DNA of 64,000 nucleotides from Polyangiales bacterium (GTDB lineage Bacteria; Myxococcota_A; Polyangia; Polyangiales; JADJQN01): NCBI GenBank assembly GCA_964202905.1, contig CAXNJO010000010.1, positions 109,159 to 173,158 of the forward strand, read 5' to 3'. Shown piece by piece: positions 58,457 to 64,000 of this stretch (position 1 is its first letter; each line of letters starts with the position of its first letter). The notes under the pieces were generated by a model. It saw only the letters and a program-made list of their open reading frames with translations, ran no database searches and was not told where the DNA came from. The position numbers and the translations under genes were made by a program.

Positions 58457-60292
58457 CTACGGCGCGCCCGCGGCGGGCTCGGCAGCAGCGGGCGCCACGA
58501 CAGAGGGCCCAGCGGCGGCAGGCTCAGCGGCGGCAGGCTCAGCGACGGGCGCCACGGCGGAGGGTGCCGCACCGCCCACGGCCGCGCGGGCGGTGGTCCC
58601 CGCCGCGCGGTTCAACCCTGCGGCCGACGCGCGTCCGGTCACGGACGTTCCGGACGGCGCAGCCTCGGGCACCGGCGCAGCCTCGGGCACCGGCGCAGCC
58701 TCGGGCACCGGCGCAGCCTCAGGCAGCGGCGCGTCCGGCCCCGTCGCAGCCTCGGGCAGCGGCGCAGCCTCGGGCGCCAACGCCTCCCGGTCCGCCTGCG
58801 TGGGCGCCGACACCGGCGGCTCACCGCCCTCGGGCACGCCGGACGTCTCGGCGCCGGCCGTGCCCCCACGCAAGAACGCGTAGCCGAGCACGACGACGAG
58901 CGCGACGAGCAGCACCACCACGGCGAGCACCCACGGCCGCCCGCGAGCGAGCGTCTCGTTGGACCCGCCACCCCGGGCCGCCGGCGGTCGCATGCTCTTG
59001 ACGTCGCTGCCGGGCTTCGCGGCGCCGAGCTTCATCCCCGGCTCCCGGGGCGGGAACGACGCGCGCGGATCCGCGATGTCCGGGAGCGGATACTGCTGGT
59101 ACGCGACGCGACTGCCCTCATCCGGCGGCGCGAGGTCGCTGCCATCGAAGTCGATCACGATGACGGTGATGTTGTCGTGGCCCCCACCGGCCCGCGCCAT
59201 CTCGATGAGCGTGGCGCAGCACGCACGCGGGTCGGGCACCGTCGCGAGCACATCCTTGATCATCTCGCCGTGCACGAGCCCGGAGAGCCCGTCCGAGCAG
59301 AGCATCAGCCGATCGCCGCGCTTGAGCTCGAGGAACGTGAGGTCGACCGTCACCTGCTCCGCCGTGCCGAGCGCCTGCAGGATGATGTTGGAGTGCTCGA
59401 AGGCCTCGGCCTCTTCTTCGGTGAGCTGCCCCGCCTCGATGAGCTGGTTGACGAGCGACTGATCCTTCGTGATCAGCGCGAAGTCCTTGCCCCCGCGGAG
59501 CGCGTAGGCGCGGCTGTCGCCGATCTGCCCGACGAAGAGGACCTTGTCGACGACGCCCGCGACCGTGGACGTGGTGCCCATCCCGCGCCGCGTGCGGTCC
59601 ATCTTGGCCGACGAGAAGATGCGGCTGCCCGCCTCCTCGATCGCGTGCACGAGCCGCAACGCGAAGTGGTCGCGACTCTCGGGGACCCCGCCCGCAAGCA
59701 TGATGTCGTGGAGCGTGTCGACCGCCATCTGGCTGGCGATCTCGCCGGCCGCGGCGCCGCCCATGCCGTCGCAGACCGCGAACATCGAGCCGCGCGGGCC
59801 GAGCGCGTGGCGCAGCATCCGATCATCGAGGCCGCGCACGCTCGTCGACAGATCGACCACGAGGAAGTTGTCCTCGTTGTGCTCACGGACGAGGCCGACA
59901 TCGGTCTGTCCGTAGAGCCGCACGTGGATGCCCGACGGCACGTCTGCGCCCGATGGCGCCTCACCCGATGGCGCCTCGCCCGACGACGCCTCGCCCGACG
60001 GCGCCTCGCCCGCCGGCACGTCTGCGCCCGATGGCGCCTCACCCGATGGCGCCTCGCCCGACGGCGCCTCGCCCGATGGCACCTCGGCCGAGGACACGCC
60101 GGCCGACGGCGTCTCGCCCGACTCGCTCTGGCTCACGGAGGTCGACGGCACGTCGGACGACGGCGTCGCGTCACCCGAGGCGGCATCGCCCGTCACAGCG
60201 CCGCTCGCGGCGGACGGCGCAGCGACGGCCGCAGCCTCGGGCTCCCCCGCGTCGGTCGCACCGGCCGGCTTGCTCGAATCGACGCTGCTCAT
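58457..60292 (-). CDS. Stp1/PP2C-type Ser/Thr phosphatase with repetitive termini and a TM helix
   Basis: TDVGLVREHNED, VCDGMGG, GMGTT, IGDSRAY, LCSDGL, GGHDNIT; hydrophobic WVLAVVVLLVALVVVLGY. Confidence 0.93.
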   Translation of the reverse strand: MSSVDSSKPAGATDAGEPEAAAVAAPSAASGAVTGDAASGDATPSSDVPSTSVSQSESGETPSAGVSSAEVPSGEAPSGEAPSGEAPSGADVPAGEAPSGEASSGEAPSGEAPSGADVPSGIHVRLYGQTDVGLVREHNEDNFLVVDLSTSVRGLDDRMLRHALGPRGSMFAVCDGMGGAAAGEIASQMAVDTLHDIMLAGGVPESRDHFALRLVHAIEEAGSRIFSSAKMDRTRRGMGTTSTVAGVVDKVLFVGQIGDSRAYALRGGKDFALITKDQSLVNQLIEAGQLTEEEAEAFEHSNIILQALGTAEQVTVDLTFLELKRGDRLMLCSDGLSGLVHGEMIKDVLATVPDPRACCATLIEMARAGGGHDNITVIVIDFDGSDLAPPDEGSRVAYQQYPLPDIADPRASFPPREPGMKLGAAKPGSDVKSMRPPAARGGGSNETLARGRPWVLAVVVLLVALVVVLGYAFLRGGTAGAETSGVPEGGEPPVSAPTQADREALAPEAAPLPEAATGPDAPLPEAAPVPEAAPVPEAAPVPEAAPSGTSVTGRASAAGLNRAAGTTARAAVGGAAPSAVAPVAEPAAAEPAAAGPSVVAPAAAEPAAGAP

Positions 60293-61695
60293 CGCCCGGC
60301 GCGCCCCCCCGCGCCTGCCGCGAGGTCGAAACGGAAGAGGTGCCGCCCCACCCGGAACTGATCCCCGGGGGCGAGCACCCGCTCGCCGTGGAAGCGCAGC
60401 GCAGTGCCGTTTGAGGAGTCGAGGTCCCGCAGCACGAAGCGACGGCTCACCCGGTCGGCGGTGATCGCGGCATGGCGCCGGGAGAGGAAGGGATCGTCCG
60501 TGAAGACGATGTCGCCGTTCTCGCGCCCGAGCACGGTCTCGTCCCGATACACGTAGTGCACGTCGCGCCCCACCCCTTCGGTCGTGTATTGCGTCAGGCG
60601 TGCCATCCGCGGCACCTCCGGTGTCCCGAACACCAGCACACCATGCTGGGTCGCGGGCCCGAGAGGCATCTCCCCCTCATCGAGGAGGTCGAACCGTAGC
60701 ACCTGTTGCCCGAGGAGGACCATATCCCCGTGGGCCAGGTCCACCGGCTCCCGGATGCGCATGTAGATGCCGTTGACGCTCTCGAGGTCGCGCAGGAGCC
60801 ATGCGTCCCCACGACGGCGGAGCCGCGCATGCCGCGGCGAGAGGTACGGATCGTCGCCGAGCACGACGTCGCCTTCGGCGCGGCCGATGTCCGCCTGCTC
60901 GGCGTAAATCGGGTAGGCGCGGCCATCGCTGCCGTCCTTGAGGATCGCCGTCAGCAGCGCGAGCGGCTCGGCGGCCGGGGCGGGCTTCCCGAGGACGGGG
61001 GCGGCAGGCGCCGCCGCGGGCGCCTCGACCACGACCGCGCGGCCGGGCGAGGTGGGTTGAAGCAGCGGCGCAGCGGGCAGCGCTGCGGCGGGGGGCGGCG
61101 CGACCACCGCGCCCCATCCCCCCGCGTCCGCCACGGGCGCCGGAGCGCCCTGCGCCGCGGCGGGCGCATCGGCGTAGCGCGTCCCGCAGAACTTGCAGAA
61201 CGCCGCGCCGGGGTCACCTGCCCCGCGGCAGCGCCAGCACACGCTCACACCGGGCGGCAACCCAGCGACTTGCGGTACCACCACCGGAGCCGGCGCGAAG
61301 CCCTGCGGCGACGGCGGCGCGAAGCCCTGCGGCGCGACGGGCGCAGGCGGCGCGAAGCCCTGCGGCGCGACGGGCGCAGGCGGCGCGAAGCCCTGCGGCG
61401 TGACGGGCGCAGGCGGCGCCTCGTCGGGCAGGAGTTTCTGTCCGCAGCCGACGCAGAAGCGCATGTGCGGCGCGTTGGAGGTTCCGCACCGCGTGCATCC
61501 GACCGGCGCGGGTGGGACTTGCGGCGCGCCGAACCCCTGGGGCGGCGCCACGCCGCGGGGCGGGGTCGGCGCCCGAGCCGCCTCGAGTCGCTTCCCGCAT
61601 CCCTGGCAGAAGACGCTGCCCTGGGGGTTTTCTCGCCCGCAACCAGCGCACCGCATCGGGTCGGGAGTGGAACCTATCGGGCGACGTGCCGTCAA
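60289..61695 (-). CDS. Triple zinc-ribbon + tandem FHA-domain protein
   Basis: Three CxxC...FCxxCG ribbons; PQGFAPPAPVA repeats; IGRAEGD..LSPRHA..SVNG and LGRENGD..LSRRHA..SSNGT. Confidence 0.9.
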   Translation of the reverse strand: MTARRPIGSTPDPMRCAGCGRENPQGSVFCQGCGKRLEAARAPTPPRGVAPPQGFGAPQVPPAPVGCTRCGTSNAPHMRFCVGCGQKLLPDEAPPAPVTPQGFAPPAPVAPQGFAPPAPVAPQGFAPPSPQGFAPAPVVVPQVAGLPPGVSVCWRCRGAGDPGAAFCKFCGTRYADAPAAAQGAPAPVADAGGWGAVVAPPPAAALPAAPLLQPTSPGRAVVVEAPAAAPAAPVLGKPAPAAEPLALLTAILKDGSDGRAYPIYAEQADIGRAEGDVVLGDDPYLSPRHARLRRRGDAWLLRDLESVNGIYMRIREPVDLAHGDMVLLGQQVLRFDLLDEGEMPLGPATQHGVLVFGTPEVPRMARLTQYTTEGVGRDVHYVYRDETVLGRENGDIVFTDDPFLSRRHAAITADRVSRRFVLRDLDSSNGTALRFHGERVLAPGDQFRVGRHLFRFDLAAGAGGRAGR

Positions 61696-62455
61696 GGGAC
61701 AGGATCGTCGAGCAGGAGAATCCCGACCTGCACGAGCAGCGCGAAGTTCGCGCCCGGGTCACGCGGTCCCGGCTCACCGTCGGCCCGCGCGCTGAACGCC
61801 CCCGTCGTGAAACCGCGGAAGACGAGCCCACCGACGAGCGCCATCCGGGGCGTGAGCTCGAGCTCTCCGCCGACGCCGAGTTGCAGAGCCGCGCCGGCCG
61901 TCGCGACGCCGAAGCTGTCGCCGAACAACACCGCGCCGACGCCGAACTCCGCGTAGGGCTGCAACACCGTGTCGAGCGGTACGACCCAACGCGCGCCGAC
62001 CCGCAGCGTCTGGAGCGTGCTCACTTCGAAGATCCCCTCGGCGTCGAGCAGCGCGAGGTCGTAGCCGAGGAGCAGCGCGACGCCGAACGCCCAGCGCCGC
62101 TCGAGGCTGCCGCCGATGCCGAAGCCGCCGTTGAGCAGACAACCGCCATCCCGCGGACAGAGCGCGGGCGCGAGCGGCAGCACGAGTTGGACGTGCAGCT
62201 CCCCGCCGTCGCTCGTGGCGCGCTGCGCAGGCGGCGGGGGCGGCTGCAGGCGGAACGCGACGCCGAGCCCGCGGCCACGCCCGGGCGCATCACGCGGGGC
62301 ACGCGCGGGGGCCTCGGGCGACGACGGGCCATCGGCCCGGGCGTGCCCGGAAACGAAGGCCCAGAGCGCCGCGACGAGCGCGCATCCGAGGGCCGCGCGC
62401 GAGCCCTTCCACCCCCCTCGCGGATGGCCCCGCGAAACGCGCGCAAACGCGCCAT
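61692..62455 (-). CDS. Putative small outer-membrane beta-barrel protein; start probably ATG 62455 with an indel in the C6 run (~62412-62417)
   Basis: Signal-like ALVAALWAFVSGHARA-D; alternating strands GFGIGGSLERRW, LRVGARW, PYAEFGVG, LQLGVGGELEL; no in-frame start seen just upstream of the signal. Confidence 0.55.
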
Positions 62456-62464
62456 GGACCGTTG

Positions 62465-62492
62465 TTGACAGGGCACCCTCCGCCTCTATAGT
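62465..62492 (+). promoter_or_regulatory. Near-consensus sigma70 promoter (TTGACA-N16-TATAGT)
   Basis: TTGACA at 62465-62470 and TATAGT at 62487-62492, GC-rich downstream segment, GGAGG at 62512-62516 before ATG 62528; such an AT-rich match is rare in this background. Confidence 0.7.
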
Positions 62493-62527
62493 ACGCGCCC
62501 TCACCCCCCCTGGAGGCCTCGACTGCG

Positions 62528-62926
62528 ATGGAGATCTACCTCGACAAGCGCGCCGTGAAGCAGATCCGCGTCTCCGCGGGAGACGCCGTCGACGAGGGTG
62601 ACACCGAGACCCTCCGCGAGGACATCCTCGAAGCGTTCTCCGACGAGCAGATCGAAGAGATCGAGCGTCACGTCGACAGCGGCGACTTCTACGACTTCCT
62701 CTCCGAGATCCTCGACGAGTGGGGCGGTGACGACGTCGACGAGCTCTTCGAGCTCCTCGAGGCGCACCTCTCCGAGGCCGGCGTCGACGTGAAATACACG
62801 AGCCCCGACGACGAGGTCGAGGACGAAGAGGAGGAAGAGGAAGAGGAAGAGGACGAAGACACCGCCGAAGGCGACGAAGAGCTCGGCGTGGTCGACGAGG
62901 AAGAGGAAGAGGAAGAGGTCGTCTGA
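62528..62926 (+). CDS. Small, extremely acidic hypothetical protein (132 aa)
   Basis: Good promoter and RBS, GC3-rich codons; Asp/Glu-dominated with poly-Glu C-terminus. Confidence 0.85.
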   Translation: MEIYLDKRAVKQIRVSAGDAVDEGDTETLREDILEAFSDEQIEEIERHVDSGDFYDFLSEILDEWGGDDVDELFELLEAHLSEAGVDVKYTSPDDEVEDEEEEEEEEEDEDTAEGDEELGVVDEEEEEEEVV

Positions 62927-62943
62927 CCTCCGCTCCACGGGCC

Positions 62944-63154
62944 CGCGGCGACGCCGGGGCCCGCGTCGTTTCAGCGATGCGTCGTGTCAGGGGCCCGCGG
63001 TGACGCCGGGCCCCGCGTCGTTTCAGCGCCACATGTTCCAGCCCACGCGGCGACGCCGGGGCCCGCGTCCTGTCAGCGATGCGTCGTGTCAGGGGCCCGC
63101 GGTGACGCCGGGCCCCGCGTCGTTTCAGCGCCACATGTTTCAGCCCTCGCGGCG
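62944..63154. repeat. Intergenic tandem array: four 33-bp palindromic cores with alternating 19/17-bp linkers (102-bp higher-order dimer)
   Basis: Core CGCGG(C/T)GACGCCGGG(G/C)CCCGCGTC(G/C)T(T/G)TCAGCG starts at 62944, 62996, 63046 and 63098, with a partial fifth at 63148; GACGC...GCGTC inverted repeat inside each core. Confidence 0.9.
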
Positions 63155-63297
63155 CACCCGGTGCGGGGATCTCGGGACGCGCCTGCGCGCCCGGGGCGTC
63201 GCGGACGGCCGTGGCGCCGTGGCGTTCGTGCCTTCGTTCGGCGGTCCGCGCCCGCCCCCCCGCGCTGGCCACTGCGGCGCGGCGCGCCTCGCGCGCG

Positions 63298-64000
63298 TCA
63301 GCGTGCGGCGTCGCGGAGCACCGTGGCCGCCGCGTCGATGTCCGCGAGCGCGACGTCGAGGTGCGTCACGGCGCGCACGCGATGCGGCCCGAACGCCGAC
63401 ACGAGCACGCCGTGCGCCGCCGCCGCCGTCACGACCTCGGCGGCGGGGCGGCGCGTGTCGACGAGCACGATGTTCGTCTCGACGGCCGCGGGCGCGACCT
63501 CGAGCCCGGGCGTACCGGCGAGCTGCTCGGCGAGCCGGCGCGCGGCGACGTGATCCTCGACGAGCCGGTCCCGATGATGCGCGAGCGCGTACGACGCGGC
63601 GGCGCAGAGCATGCCGACCTGGCGCATCCCGCCGCCCATCATCTTGCGCAGGCGCCGCGCGCGCACGATCGTCTCGCGCGCGCCGACGAGCGCCGAACCG
63701 ACGGGCGCCCCGAGGCCCTTCGAGAAGCACACGCTGAGCGTGTCGAAGGGCGCTGCGAGCACGTCGGGCGCGAGCCCCGTCGCGACGCTCGCGTTCCAGA
63801 GCCGCGCGCCGTCGAGGTGCACCGCCAGGCCGAGCGCGCGCGCGCGCGCAGCGACCTGCTCCACGTGCGCCTGCGGGAAGATGCGTCCGCCCCCGCGGTT
63901 GTGCGTGTTCTCGAGCGCGACGAGCGACGTGCGCGGCAGCCAATCGGCCATCGGCCGCACCGCGGCCTCGAGGTCCGCGACGCCGAACGTCCCGCCCCGC
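63298..64000 (-). CDS. ltaE: Low-specificity L-threonine aldolase, 5'-truncated by the window
   Basis: LENTHNRGGG, HLDGARLWNA, SVCFSKGLGAPVGS, GGGMRQVG, RAVTHLDV. Confidence 0.93.
   Translation of the reverse strand, partial: RGGTFGVADLEAAVRPMADWLPRTSLVALENTHNRGGGRIFPQAHVEQVAARARALGLAVHLDGARLWNASVATGLAPDVLAAPFDTLSVCFSKGLGAPVGSALVGARETIVRARRLRKMMGGGMRQVGMLCAAASYALAHHRDRLVEDHVAARRLAEQLAGTPGLEVAPAAVETNIVLVDTRRPAAEVVTAAAAHGVLVSAFGPHRVRAVTHLDVALADIDAAATVLRDAAR

Noticed and set aside
45541..61695. Type VI secretion locus (RHS + FHA + PP2C)
   Set aside because: No Hcp, VgrG, PAAR, TssB/C/J/K/L/M or ClpV in the window, and the RHS protein has a Sec signal and SpvB-type N-terminus rather than PAAR
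62944..63154. CRISPR array
   Set aside because: Linkers are only 17-19 bp and alternate between two sequences instead of being unique; no cas genes or AT-rich leader nearby

Overview
Very GC-rich window that looks myxobacterial (Polyangiales/Sandaracinaceae-like: MYXO-CTERM tails, DUF4215 repeats, many Cys-rich lipoproteins, Ser/Thr signalling). About 36 genes are supportable. I recognised no rRNA, tRNA, integrase, transposase or CRISPR array. Several genes are split by 1-nt indels, probably assembly errors. The standout is a co-oriented minus-strand cluster at ~35.5-51.8 kb, possibly extending to 54.2 kb, with visibly different base composition. It looks like a Tc (ABC) toxin-like injection complex in which every subunit has an export signal. 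Its genes are: (i) a ~2070-aa SpvB/FG-GAP/RHS protein (TcB-TcC-like fusion) with a Sec signal, a DPLG cleavage motif and a hydrophobic, basic ~214-aa cargo; (ii) a small Cys-motif lipoprotein; (iii) a 1947-aa lipoprotein whose C-terminal ~800 aa resemble the TcA helical channel and TcB-binding domain; (iv) a translationally coupled ~1200-aa Cys-rich lipoprotein. Canonical Tc subunits lack signal peptides, so this may be a surface-anchored, contact-dependent variant (inference). Other notable items are an HmuY + S8 + metalloprotease cluster, an FHA/PP2C/pseudo-protease signalling operon, a degenerate sigma54-type activator, a near-consensus sigma70 promoter driving a very acidic small protein, and a 4-copy palindromic intergenic repeat. 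All family calls come from motif recognition by eye, with no database searches.
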